A DNA stretch of 64,000 bases from Marsupella aquatica (taxonomy: Eukaryota > Plantae > Marchantiophyta): the NCBI GenBank assembly GCA_973895155.1, contig OZ316898.1, positions 1,463,927 to 1,527,926 of the forward strand. The letters run 5' to 3'. Of the stretch, positions 11,867 through 24,950 are shown one piece after another (positions within the stretch are counted from its first letter, which is position 1; the number at the start of each line of letters is the position of its first letter). A program made the translations under genes and the position numbers. Below the pieces are notes generated by a model, which did no database searches, was not told the origin of the DNA, and saw nothing but the letters and a program-made list of their open reading frames with translations.

Positions 11867-14800
11867 TTATGTATCCAGCAGAGAGTGAGCCTTCTGGAGC
11901 ACGTTCTCATCAGTGAATCCGAACTTCTTCCACACGTCCAGGTATCCTCCACTGGCACCAAAAGTGGTCACAGCGAGAATGTCTCCTGCAGGACCCACAT
12001 ACTCTCTCCATCCAAGGGGAGATGCAGCTTCCACTCCCAAGCGCTTCGTGACGGAAGGAGGAAGAATCTTGTCCCGATACTCTTGAGGCTGCGCATTAAA
12101 CAGCTCCCAGCTGACAAGAGACACCACTCTTGCTTTCTTTCCTTCTTCTCTCAGCTTGATTGCTGCCTTTTCGCAGAGGATAAGCTCTGAACCGGTGCTG
12201 ATGAGGATGATGTCAGGAAGCTCACCCTCCTTGGTGTTGTCACTGATCACATAACCCCCATTGGCAACCTTCTCTGCGGAGGATCCTGCCAAGTTTGCCT
12301 CGACCTTCTGTCTAGAGCACGAGATCACAGTGGGAGCGGTCCTTCGCTGGATTGCAATCTGGTAAGCACCAGCCATCTCGTTCCCATCTGCTGGTCTCAA
12401 AACGACCATTCTTGGAATGGCTCTCAGTCCAGCCAGCTGCTCTACTGGTTGATGGGTTGGTCCGTCTTCACCGAGTCCAATGGAGTCATGAGTGAGGATG
12501 TAGATGACTCCAGCTTCGCTCAGAGAGGCCAGGCGCATGGAGTTTTTCATGTAATCACTGAAAATGAGGAATGTGGCTGCAAAGGGAATGAGGTTACTGC
12601 CATGAAGGGCTAGACCGTTTGAAATGCCTGCCATCGCATGCTCTCGAATACCATAGTGAATATTTCGACCCCATGGAGTCTCGGGTGAAAAAAAGTCCAT
12701 TTCTTTCAAGCTAGCCTTTGTGGAGCTGGCCAGATCTGCACTCCCTCCCACTAGTCCAGGTATCACTTTTCCCAGAGCGTTCAAGCACGTCTCTGAATAT
12801 CCTCTCGTTGCGTCCACTGGGTCAGACTCTTGCCATCTCTGGATGCAATCAAATCATATACTAGTGAGATGATGATCCAAATTCGAATCCCAATAATCCC
12901 AAATAATTATTGAGCTGATAGGCACAAAGAGCGGCATATTACCGAAGTGGGACTTTAAGACAGGAAACTGTTGCAGGGTTGTACTCACCGGCAGGGCCTT
13001 CTCCCAATCCTTAGGTAAAGTCCCACTCACGAGGCTCCGGAATTGTTTTCCTTCCTCAGGATACTTCTTCTCATACTCGTTTACCAAAGCGTTCCATTCC
13101 GCCTCCAATTCGGCACCGTCCTTCGCAGTCTTTTTAAATTCCCTGAAACCGGCCAATTCTTCTAAAATGAGAAGTCTCGTAAAATGTAACTATGATTCTA
13201 GTCAATTGAAATGAACAAAGCCTGAAAAGGGTTCACTTCCTCCAGAACTGGAGGATGAATTAAAGTGTCGTTGAAGTGCAAAGATTGAGACAACTCCCAA
13301 AGCACACAATGTGCCAAAAGTCCTCGAATGAATTCAAAAATCAAATACACTTTAGCGCCCAGGTGTAGAAGCCTTACTCGTAGACCATAGGGATGATATG
13401 GAAGTCATCACGACCTGACCAGTTCAGCTTCTCTCTCATTTGCTTCACATCATCCTCAGCAAATGTCCCATGATGAGCTTTGCTAGTGTTCTCTTTGACT
13501 GAGGGACGTCCAATGCGCGATTTTACCTGCTCAAATCCATTCCTTCCCGATTAGCCGTCCTACCCACAAATGCGAACAGCACTTCTTTCAGCTAGGATGA
13601 AATGCCACGAAGAGAATCTTCCTACAATTTTCACATCTTAAGCATCATTAGTGTTCCCAGTCGTTGCACAACTTACTCACCAGTTGCGATTTCACCTAAC
13701 GCAACTGGTGATAACGCAACAGTTGTCAACGCACCATAAGAATTATGTCACAGCACTTTAGAAAGAAGAATTTTAAGACGCTGATATGGGAAGCCACGGA
13801 ACAAACTTATGATGTGCAAAAAGTTCTTCTCCAATGGACTTCCCAACTATTTTTGAAACCAACCCTCGCATACATCGTGTGTTAACAACTATCAAGAGCT
13901 TGTGACAAACCTGAATGAAAGTTGGCTTCCCGCTCTTAAGTGGACCCGTCAGCAATATTTGTTTTAAATGTTTCAAGTTGCTGTAGATGTCATCCACCAC
14001 AATAACTTCCCATCCTAGAGCTCTGAACCGAGCCCCCACATCCTCAGTGAAGGCAAAGGAAGTGCTTCCGTCAATCGTAACTTTATTGTCATCGTAAATC
14101 ACCGTCAGCTTGTTCAATTTCCACACACCCGCCAAAGAAGCTGCCTCGTAAGAAATTCCCTCCATAGCACACCCATCACCCATGACGCAAAACCTGAAAA
14201 GTGTGGTGAAACAGCAAAACAGCTATAAGATGCTCGTGTAGGGCAAGTTCTGTAAGATGCTTCCGTAGAGCAACTCTCACGATTAGTTACAGCAGTAAGG
14301 AGAGTGGATATAGTGAGTTCCAACTGCTGGCTATCCCGTGTACGCGAGTAGAGCTACCGTTCTGGGCCAAACTTTATTGACAAGGAGGTTTGGCACGTCT
14401 CTAAATATTTATGGTAGAGCACACGTCCTCTACGTAGGATTTTCTTCTTAATCTCGTTTCAATTCGATCACGGCGCTCGCTGGAATTACTCATTTTGCCT
14501 TAGTTTTCTTCTCATGACCAACTGCATCCTAGACAGGTATGTTCATACGTTTCACGGAACGGACACTGCTAAAGAGAATCTTACGTGCGGTGATCTATAA
14601 CGTCCAAATCAGGTTTGTTGAATCTTGCAGCCAGATGCTTCTCTGCCAGAGCAAGACCAACAGCATTTGCCACTCCTTGCCCAAGAGGACCTGCGTATAT
14701 TTAGGGAGATTCAGGCACAGAATTAATCACAAGAATACTTGCTCCACGTTTGAACCACTCGCCTCGCCTGCTCCCCTATATCTTTGACACATGTATGGAA

Positions 14801-16082
14801 ACGCAAAACAAAAATGTGCGGGTCCCAATGAAATGGTTTCTTCATCCCCTCGCTGGAAACGGTGATGAAGGCGAAACAAATATTCAATCACTCGTTGCTT
14901 GTTCGCAATTACTAGTAACTTTAGCACATAGAAACAAACAAAGCCTCTGTCAGAGCTCTCACCAGTGGTAACTTCAATCCCCGGAGTTGTAGTGTTCTCT
15001 GGATGACCAGGAGTCTTGCTTCCCAGTAGGCACAATCTTTTCAAGTCCTCCACCTGTAGAATCAATTACAAACCTCCTTGTGTAAAGGATCCATCCACCC
15101 ATCACGACTGACACAAAGTCAACATCAATTATGCATTTAGAAGAAATTAATTACAGAAAGCAGCGTCTTCAGTAACTTTGTAGTGACCAAAATGGGCACG
15201 ATGGTTACCCAGAAACATAAGAAAATAAATTTAATCTTGAAAAAACAGATGAGAAAGAAAGATGGACCTCGATACACATATATGTGTTTAGGAAGTGTGA
15301 CACAATCAGGTGAGAACAAATCGAGAAAAACTGCATAAGTGACACATTGAAGAAGGATCTCGAGAGAAACTGACCTCAACTCCAAAGCCGGCCAGATGCA
15401 AGCAGATATATTGTAGGAGGCACCCATGCCCTGCACTCAATACGAACCTATCTCGATTCAACCACCCTGGATTCTTGGGGTTGTACCTCATGGCATATTT
15501 GTAAAGGGTGTATCCAACTTCCGTAATGCCCAGTGGAAGCCCTGGATGTCCAGCCTTTGCAGTGTTCACTGAATCAACCACCAGCATCCTCATGTTATCT
15601 ACACATCTCCTGTCAATCTGTGTTTGGACCCACAAGGGATCGTTCCATAGGGTCTTATCATCTCCACCCTCCTTCTCGCTAGCCAGAGTTAACTCGTCCT
15701 TCCAGGCCTGGATCCACTCGGGGCTAAGCTCTGGAGTATCAACCATCGTTCCCCCATTCAAGCCCCCAGGCTGTCTGCCGTTCCCAACGGTTTTGGTCTC
15801 AACAGGAGAACCTTGCTCTGACGCTTGGTAAGCAGCTCGAGCTCCAGCTGCTCTTCGTGGTCTACATTCTCTTGGCCCTTTCGTGGTATACCCAATACTT
15901 ATCGTACTTGTCAGTGCCATATTCTGACCCGTTTTGATCGAATGGCTGGAGCCTCGTCGGTGCTCCATGAAAGAGGTGGCACTTAAACGACCAGGAGATG
16001 ATTTGGGAAGCTGTTGTGGTCTACCGATATTGCACCAATCTTTCTTCCCCAAGAGACAAGAGGACGTCGGAAGCGCCATCAT
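11867..16082 (-). CDS. TKL: plastid-type transketolase (divergent paralog); exons 16082-15375, 15053-14963, 14690-14585, 14193-13911, 13526-13378, 13142-12989, 12838-11867
   Basis: Motifs [33 protein letters not shown], the ThDP-binding GDGCAMEG...DDN, GIREHAM and [18 protein letters not shown]. All six introns are GT-AG and frame-compatible. Long N-terminal extension. Start codon at 16082 or 16079. Confidence 0.93.
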
Positions 16083-19013
16083 GTAAACGTCCGACGATAG
16101 AAAACTTGTAAAGAAAATGGTGACGAGCTGCCAGACAAATGGGGTACTGCACATGAAGAAAACTTTGATCTTTCAGAGACGCAGGGAAATCTCAACATTG
16201 ACGATTAGTTCGTTCAAAGTACAGTTAGTCCCATATGGTAAGTAAAATCGCTATCATTCAATAAGGCTGCAAAACTAGATCATAGTCACAGTTCAAGAAT
16301 GAGAACTCACTCACCATATAAAGTGAATGATTCTATCCAGACACTCTGTGGATCCTTAAAATGCAGCTTCAAGTAAACATTGAGCAATCAGTGACTCAAT
16401 CATATGCCAGATTGAAGCAGAGTCACACAAATTGAGAGGGAGTAAACTGAGACTCCGGTGTAACTTGAGCTAAAGTTCCTCGCGAGGCATACAGGAAAGA
16501 ACGACTGGCCATCAAACAAGGGAAATCTTTGCATACTCACCTCCTTCTGTAGTGCAGTCAGCAGCCAGCCAGCCAACTCGATCAGATAGAAGCTAGTTTT
16601 ACTTGATTTGCACAGTGTGCTCCTTCCGTCCGCAATTCAACAGCCAGCCAGCCAGCTAGCCAATGACCTCTATCGATCAGATACTTGGACGTTTCACTTG
16701 ACCTGAACAGCAAGCAAACTCCTTCAGCAGTTGCTGCAACGAAATCAGGCCAAGGAAGGCGAGAGAAAGAATCCTCCAGTCAGGAAGAGATCGAATGAAG
16801 GCAAATCTTACTAGGGGCACACAACCAAGAGATGGACGAGAGACTACTCAGGGGTTCTGAAGCCAATGACAGTTTTGATGCATGGGTAACGCTGAGTCGA
16901 AGTGGGTGCCACAGACCCAAGCTAGGCTGCATGCAATTGGAGCATTCACAGTAGAGGAGGAGAGCAGAGACGCGAATGTGCTCAACGGACTGCACAGAGA
17001 GAGACACGAATCGAGTGTCAAAGAGGAAGAAATCATTTACAGCATTGCCAAGTGGGCACTTCAAATTCTCGCCACATGGCTTCGTCGTGTCCCCCATATC
17101 ACGGTCCGTATTATGGCACGAGGCCTTTGATCTCACGTCGGAGGAGGATTGGAGCTGGGAATGGGACGACCTTGGAAGCAGAGGGAGAATTCTAGACGGC
17201 TTTCATTGGGTCCCCTCTCTTTTCCTTCTGACTGCCACTTTTTGAAGTACTTTTGAGTACTTTATGGGTACCCAAAAAGGCACACTTTTGGGTCTAACAA
17301 AAGCTTTATGGGCACTCATAAAGTAGCACTTTATGAATTCTCTTTGTTGTGGTGTAGTACTCTTTGCCTTGTTTTTATTTATTTATTTTTATAAACTCTT
17401 TACCTTGTTTTGTTGGATCTCTTTGGTCTTCTTGGGGCCTTTTCCCTCTCCTCTTGTCTCCTTTTGGGTTGCTTTGCCTTTGGGGCCTGTCTCCCAGTTT
17501 GAGGCCTTTGTCCTTTGGCATTGTGATTGATACATGGCTACTAGGGAAAAGCAAGTATTTATACCAAATTGCTTAGAATAAATAAAATATATTTTCAAAT
17601 TATTATTATTAAGGGGAATGTATGAATCCCCACAGAAAGGGAACAGTCAATCACAAAATTTGAACGCAAAATCTATAAGTCACTATTCAAGTGAGCTGCC
17701 ACACACCCATGCCTCTCTGGGCTGCTTAGAATATTCTTAAATTTGGTATCTTGTTTTTTTAATGGTTTGCAAGCATTCTCAAGTATTTGTAAGTCTGGTC
17801 CAGGATTTTGCACTAACCTGATTGATCCTAGGTATTACGTGCTCTTGTCAATCAGGCTACCCTACTGTCTTCCTGTTTTGTGCATTACAGAAATAACTCA
17901 TAAAATCTTGGACCAGATTTCCATGATACTCAAACCCCCTCTCAAAGGAAAGGAGAATAATTGTGAGGCTTATGGGAATTGGATCTCCCGATTTTGCTTT
18001 AGAGGTCAAATACAACACACAATAGGCACTACCTGTGATCCAAAAGTAAGTGTACACTCTTCCTACTTCCAAAACTTTTCATCAAGAAATGACCTTCAAT
18101 TCCCCCCTTGAACGCATCAAGGGGATAGTCTGTTCTTGGGTTCGCTAAAAGCAGCATGGAATGGTCTTTGCAATGAGTCTAGTATGGTCAGCTTTCATCA
18201 CTGTTGAAAATGCTACAAATTCTGATTTCATTCACTATTGAGGAAGCTACAAAATTCCATAGATGACTGCTTTGTTTCCTTGCACATTTCACTCTCCTAT
18301 GTAATATCTGAGCCAAAAATATGAGTTCTGTTGTGATCCATCCCAGCTGCTAAAGTCCAGACAAACACCTTAGCATATATGGAGGTCCATCCAGGCTTAA
18401 ATTTCCTGTAGCTCAGATTGTCCCATTTGGTTTTTACACTTATGACCGACTGTTTGAAGTCTGCAAATATTTAGAAATTGTAGCTCAGGTTGAGTCAAAC
18501 TCTTTCCAAGGTTATACAAAGTCAGATATGTGGCAAATGTGGTCTCCTTATAAGTTCAGTTAGGTTTTACCACTTACTGAAAGAAGGTTTCAAGAATTTA
18601 TAGCAAATACAAGGTTTCTTAGGGCGCGATTCATCAGATCATGTTGAAGTCTAAAACATTCCTATCTCAATGAAAGTCGAAATCCAGTACAGGCAATTTT
18701 TTTGTAAGAGGCATTTGCTTCTCATGACTGTAAAAAAGAGTGGTTCCCAACACTTTTAATAATTTGTCTTTTGCATGCCAAGAGCGCCAGCGATGCAATT
18801 CAAATTTTGTCGTAATTTGAAACAAATTCGAATTAGAAATTTGGTCCTCTGTTCACGAAGTTGGTCTCTAACGTAACGAGAATACAGCACGAATCTATGC
18901 ATGAGGCGAATCCCATTCATCCCTGTGACATCATAGACATCTTGCAACAACTGAAAGAGAGCGCTCGCTAGCACTCCTAGATTGAGAACATGCACAAAAT
19001 GTCAGTACAGCAT

Positions 19014-19140
19014 ATTCAGGATCTCCCAGTAGAGACAATCATCATTCGGCTCAAATTTGTTGAGCCAACTGGTGAAATTCAGGATCTCCCAGTAGAGACA
19101 ACCATCATTCGGCTCAAATTATTGAGCAAACTAGTTGATG
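19014..19140. repeat. 2 x 63-bp tandem repeat
   Basis: attcaggatctcccagtagagaca...attcggctcaaatt at 19014 and 19077. Confidence 0.85.
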
Positions 19141-19854
19141 AAAGTACCCCAGCTCAAATGGTGATGAAATGCTGCTACATGATTCTCACACTCTGAACGG
19201 TGAAAATGCCAATTGGACCAACTCTCATTGCATGGTGATGCAAGCGAAGATGATGTCTCAAAAACTGACGTACGTAAGGTTCCAACATTCAGGTCCACGG
19301 AGGTCAATACTCTCTGGGACTCTTGCCTGCAATGTAGTCAGCTCTTCAATTCTGGTTCTCATTTTCCATTTATAAACTCCTTTATATCAGCACTTTAGTG
19401 ATAGTGCAAACAAGCTGATTTTTTTGCCAAACCTATCAGCTGAAAAACAGTGAAGATTTACAGGCCAACTCAAAAACTTGAAGAAGAGCCACGATAGCTT
19501 TGAGAACTTCAGAAATAACAAGAAAGTCATTATGAGCGCTCCATAGAGGACTGCTATGAAGGATTAGACTTGGCGCCTTAGAGAATGTTTGTATACAAAC
19601 TAAACAATGACATTTTAAGCCAAATGCAGAAAGAGACGTCTTTGGAAGAAATTCCTTAAGCCAACCCAACAGGATGCCCCCAAGAATAATAGTAGCACTG
19701 CAGATAGACACCATAAGTTGCTCAATGACCATAGCCTGACCTTGCCGTGCTTCCAAGTTCTGGACAAATAGCTCTCCCAGCTTTCATTCAAACATGCCCC
19801 CATTCCCTGAACTTGTGTGCATTATTGACATGAGGGCATTATTACCGAAGATCC

Positions 19855-22800
19855 CTACCGTCTTCCAAAGCCCTTGGTTTTGATGGGAGCAGATTCGCTT
19901 TCTTTCTCCAGTCTGCGCCACAAATAGAGCTTGATTTTAAACCAAAGGCAAATTAAGCAATACATTGCCTTTCCAGCCCATAGGAAAACAATTGTGAGTT
20001 GCATACATATCCACATGAAGGTGACCCAGACGAAAGTTCCTAAACCATATGAATGAGCAGCAGAGGATGATGATGACCCAGCGGACTTGTATAGGAGGTC
20101 TCTCTCTTCCAACAAAATCTGCTCACCCAATATCCAAACTAACTACCTGTCATTCCACATTTTAGCTAGTTTATGCACAAACCTGCATAAACCAATCGCC
20201 ATGGTCCATGTCTTCACAGTAAAATTGAAAACCCACAACTTGGGACACCTGGAAGTGCTACGACAATCCACACACAAAAAGCACCTAGCTACAGTATTGC
20301 CCTCTTTTAAAGTATCTGCGGCCCAACTTAAGCTTAATGTTTAGAGCTGCTTACTTCTCGATTTCTTGCACAGCTCTCCAAATGTCTGCAGAATTTGTTT
20401 CTACAACCATACCGCCGACTACAATCTCATCTAAAATGGTGTGCACCTGCACAGCAAAAACCACAGCTCCCCTCTAAGAGAAAATGGAGACGATCGCATA
20501 GACAGAATCAAGTGGGCCCTAGCTATGGAAAATGTACGACAGAGGAGAAAAGACTGCTTAATAAGAATGAGGTGTCTAATTAGGACCAGATCATCAAAGT
20601 TAAGAAATAACAGCCATCACTTCAACTAAGGCTCCAGAAGTTTTGAGTAGGAATATCATGCCGCACTCCTAGGACTAGGGAAGCATAACGCACAAGCGAA
20701 CACATCACAGACGTCCCAGTACCACAGAGACAAGCACTTCTCCGAAGCAATCTACAAAGGACTAGAAATACTGATTATTGAGATTTTAAACAACAGGAGG
20801 ACATTCCACTCTGCTCAAAGCATCTAAATGCTAAAATTTAGAACCAATAACTTTGCCCCGTTTGAAAAACATGAACGATAACAAGAGATAGCCCCACAAA
20901 ACCCTCAGAAGAAAGGGACGATATAGACAGAATACTATCGCATAGAACCATGTGCATGTTGTGAGACCCTGGACCTCTCAGGGCGAATATAATAACGCTT
21001 TGTCGTTTAATGAAAGAAAACTTCAATTTATGTAATAAACTGGGTACAAATGCTGGCAAATCTGCCATAAATTTGGCTTGGAACAGTTCACTATATCGAC
21101 GACTCTTGTCTGAAGTACATTTCCCTCGATGTCAAGCGTCCTCTCCCAGTGAGGGAGAGACGATCGGGGAAAACATCAATGACCCCAAATGCATCATCCC
21201 CTGGTGGACACTCCAATACAGCTTCCAGCACAACATAGTGTATGCCATGCGAGTCTATGGTATATCCTCCTGTGTGTGCATGGCCAGACAGGCAAGCGAC
21301 CACACAATGGTACTTTTGAAGAGTCACTAGCACGTCGACATAATTCCAGCAGAGGGCTGAAGGGGATCCTATAGTTCCCGGATGTAGTGGCAAGTGGCAA
21401 CAAATGATGATTTTCTCATTTGAAACACTCGCTTTATGTAAAACGTGATCTAGCCAACTTAATTGATCATTTCCCAACCCTCCATTGAACTTCACAAACC
21501 TGGCCATGTCCCCCTCCAATCCTATTGGGCTGTTCTTATCTTCATTTGGATTTATCCTGTCAAGTAACCTGATGGCCATTTGAGCATTTGGATGCTCTTC
21601 GGGCCAACCCAAGACACTTATGTCATAGCCATCAAGAACAACAAATCGAAAACCAGGGTAAGGAGAGAACTCATAATAGGAACGCTCGTCTGGTGAAGGT
21701 GGAATGTTAAATAATTTGTTAAGCTCCACTCTGGGAAGATTATACAGACAATGGTTCCCAATCATATGGTAGACAGATCCCCCCTGAAAGGCATTGAATC
21801 CGGCCAAGACCCTTTCAAATGCGACACGAGAATGATTTTGTGCCAGCCCATCCACAAGATCCCCAAAATGGATGGCAAAATTCACCCGTCCGAGCTGATT
21901 CCAGTAGGCCACAGCTCTGTTCAAAACTTCGAGAGCATGCCTGTAAAACCGAGGAGTACCCAAAAAGGATGCACCATCGGGTATATCTGCATATTGAACA
22001 TCTGTTATCACACCAAAACAGAAAAGTGGGGAAACGCTCTTTATACTACGCTCCATACTTAAGCCAGCCACAAGGTCCTGTAATGCTTGTACCGAATCCA
22101 CAGAACCACTTGAACGCTTTCCTTGTAAGCCATCTATTGCTTCTTTCTCTTTCAGCACAGTGTCTCGATCACCATCCCTTCTCCCCTCACTCATTTCTGA
22201 AACGTCTGTTGTTTCTTGATGCTCCACGCCTGCTAATTCAGCTCCGCGTGCTTTTCGCTTACTGGTACTCTCCTTGGTATCTGATGTGAATATATTGCTC
22301 ACAAACCCATAGACTTGCAGGCCAGATTGTGCCCCTGCCAACTCACATTGTAAAATGTGAGCTTGGTACAGCGTTCTATTGCTAAGCTTAGTACCCAGAC
22401 CCCTTAAAACTGGCTTGTTTGAGATACCATTACTTGCTGAGAGATGTTGTTGGACAGGAAGGCTAGCGTAGTAAATTAAGCTCGCAGAACAGATATTCAT
22501 TACTATTTTCCACGGAGTTTCAAGCACCAAATAGCTTAGTTTACTGATCACAGACTAAGACAACGGACTGAAGTCGTTGACATCTTATTCGTCAATCGTC
22601 AGGCTGTGAGATACTGGCTCGTTGCCTGCCAGCCGGAAATGGCTCGAATCAGAAAAATAATTGGCGTCCAGATGGGGCTGTCATTATTGACAAAAGGGGG
22701 GAAAAGACCTTCTCAAGGTAGTTCACCAAACCAGGGGTTGTTCACCATGTTCTGAGACACCATGTGCCCTCAGACTAACATATGAAATCTTTAAAAGACT

Positions 22801-24950
22801 TTTGAATTGGAACGTAAATGACATACCTTGTTAAAATTGTAGACAATATCCAATTCACACACATTCTTGAAAGCTTTGTCTAATACCTCCACAAACACTG
22901 CCACAAACCAAGTAATTGTCAGGACACATAATTATGCAAGAAAAAATACGGCAATCAATGCGACAAGCCGCCCTGAGACCAGTCTCTAGAAAGGCAAGCA
23001 GCTCTTATCTACTTGTTCACCGCAAATGATGCAAAACAGATATGACCATTTTCCACACCACAAAAGATCTGTAATGTATAAATGTTCTTGGTAGCACAAT
23101 CAAGCAGAACATTGTAACCATAATAAAATAAAATAAAATAAAATAAATTAAATTAAAATAAACTCACATTGAATGAGATCCACGATTGCCAGCTCATTTT
23201 CTGCCTTATCAATCGCAAAGACAAAGTATAGTGTTGCAAAATGTTTGTAGACCAGTTGAGTATCCTGCAATCAATGAGGAATCGAATTATTTACACAGTC
23301 GAGTCTAAGACAATGCTCCAAAGTATAATCTCAGATAGAAAAAGATTAAGAAATCATATCTCATAAGTCATGGCTCATAGAGCTAATCACTGGTATTAGC
23401 GAAGGATTCTCTCCAGACTTTCCTATTGTCTTAAGCTTCCACTGCAAAGATTGAAGACACAAAATTCAAGAAAATTTACACTCTCAAAGTAATTATTACG
23501 GCCAGCAAATAAGGAGGACAATTACTTTTACATGAGACACTCAGGGCAGGGATGAAGGGACGACAAACTTACAGGGCCAAAGATATCATCTGCTTCAATA
23601 AAATTGCAGAAGCCTTCTCCTTTACTTGACAGGGCTATCAACGGATATACAGCAATTTCAGTCACATCCTTCTAGATTTGGTAATTGATGATACATTAAC
23701 TTAAATAAACAGAATTTTAACTGCAGAGATTTCAAGGCAAATTGCCACCCAACCCCTGTCACCCAACTCCTCTCCCGACAGTCTACAGTCACGAACCATT
23801 AAAAAGAGAGAAGTACAATAGACAAATTTAACCTGAATAGATGGCTGATATTATCTCCTGCTGCTCATCCCCAGCCTTCCCTACCACCAGAGAAACATTA
23901 CCGAGGGTGAGTCAGGTCAAAGTCAGAACAGATCATAACATATCCGATGTTACACTCATTGGATATGTACAATCTAATTCATCAAGTACCGGGGTGCAGC
24001 AATAGTGGGAGTTGCATTTACTAGTTACGTGGTTATTTCGTCTATTTGTAGTTCGTCCAAATTTTCCAAATTGCAGGGCGTGTGATGCATTTCAGAAACA
24101 AATCCAAAAAAAGACAGGAAAGGACGCGAATCAACGAAAGAAACTAGTTCAAAAAGGTCTAGAGAACCATTTCAAACTGGCCTGACTGCCATTCAGCAAC
24201 TGGATGGATATTTGGGAAGCAGTCCCTGCCCTATGGGCAACTCTAGAAAAGCTGAGGGCTCGGCTCTTGCTTGAAATAGTAGATAGAAGCTCAACAATCT
24301 TGAGGGATTCCAAATTCTCGCTGCCCTTTGACAAGGTGTACCGTGGAATTATGGCTCAGCTAAATACCCAGTGACAATCAGAAAGTCAACACGAACGATT
24401 GGGCACCGCAGAATGGCATTTGTAACATTTATGCCCATGCATATTAGTCGTCCGGAATTCAACATAGTGTTCAGATTAGACCATCTTTGTATCCGTTTAA
24501 TCACCACCATGGCCTCCTTGGAATGCTCAAAATTGACCTCGTCTGAGATATTGCCCCGTGACTTACAAATGGGTATGTGAAACTACTGTCTCTAGCGAAA
24601 GTCCAGATAGACACAAAATTCCCTGTTACTGGGAAGAAGTCACATCACCATCACCGAGTGTATCCGCCGTAGCTCAAATAGGATTTTAATAGTTGAAACC
24701 ACAAGAAGCCAAACCCATTCACGCTCCAGAGCATTGCCATACAGCAGTTGTGAAGCACTACAGGAGTTTTCGATGCCCAGGAGCATACAGCTGACGTACA
24801 CTCACAAAACCCACCCACCCACCCACAAACCCACACAAGAATCAACCAGCCAAGGTAAGAGGAGTACGACGCAGGGCTTACAACATTCTTGTAAAACTTT
24901 GTGATCCGGGGCTTTCCGTGCGTGTTCATCACTATCACCGCATGTATCAT
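19855..24950 (-). CDS. AP3S: AP-3 adaptor complex sigma (small) subunit, 163 aa; exons 24950-24882, 23875-23833, 23634-23573, 23264-23168, 22897-22827, 20446-20355, 19912-19855
   Basis: The exons sum to 492 nt in one frame: MIHAVIVMNTHGKPRITKFY...LVYKHFATLYFVF...[53 protein letters not shown]...GFGRR*. This is a clathrin adaptor small-chain signature (NVCELD) of sigma-3 type. The exon 2 acceptor (AAG) is the weakest call. Confidence 0.9.
21091..22500 (-). CDS. ADPRM: Mn-dependent ADP-ribose/CDP-alcohol diphosphatase (calcineurin-like metallophosphoesterase), intronless, nested in AP3S intron 5; start uncertain (ATG at 22500, 22194 or 22056)
   Basis: Metallophosphoesterase motifs FGVITDVQYAD, HFGDLVDG, IGNHC, CHLPLHP and SGHAH, plus FVKFNGG and LEAVLEC; open frame without stops. 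Confidence 0.92.
   Translation of the reverse strand: MNICSASLIYYASLPVQQHLSASNGISNKPVLRGLGTKLSNRTLYQAHILQCELAGAQSGLQVYGFVSNIFTSDTKESTSKRKARGAELAGVEHQETTDVSEMSEGRRDGDRDTVLKEKEAIDGLQGKRSSGSVDSVQALQDLVAGLSMERSIKSVSPLFCFGVITDVQYADIPDGASFLGTPRFYRHALEVLNRAVAYWNQLGRVNFAIHFGDLVDGLAQNHSRVAFERVLAGFNAFQGGSVYHMIGNHCLYNLPRVELNKLFNIPPSPDERSYYEFSPYPGFRFVVLDGYDISVLGWPEEHPNAQMAIRLLDRINPNEDKNSPIGLEGDMARFVKFNGGLGNDQLSWLDHVLHKASVSNEKIIICCHLPLHPGTIGSPSALCWNYVDVLVTLQKYHCVVACLSGHAHTGGYTIDSHGIHYVVLEAVLECPPGDDAFGVIDVFPDRLSLTGRGRLTSREMYFRQESSI
23122..23162. repeat. (AATAA)n-type microsatellite in AP3S intron 4
   Basis: aataaaataaaataaaataaaataaattaaattaaaataa. Confidence 0.8.

Noticed and set aside
13678-13710. 11-bp perfect hairpin in transketolase intron 4 as an ncRNA
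   Set aside because: Too short for a miRNA precursor and has no snoRNA boxes; could be chance or a small TE remnant.
21091-24950. In-frame AP3S-ADPRM fusion protein
   Set aside because: The best acceptor (22678) leads to a stop before ADPRM, no convincing phase-0 acceptor was found in the ADPRM frame, and AP3S has its own terminal exons downstream.
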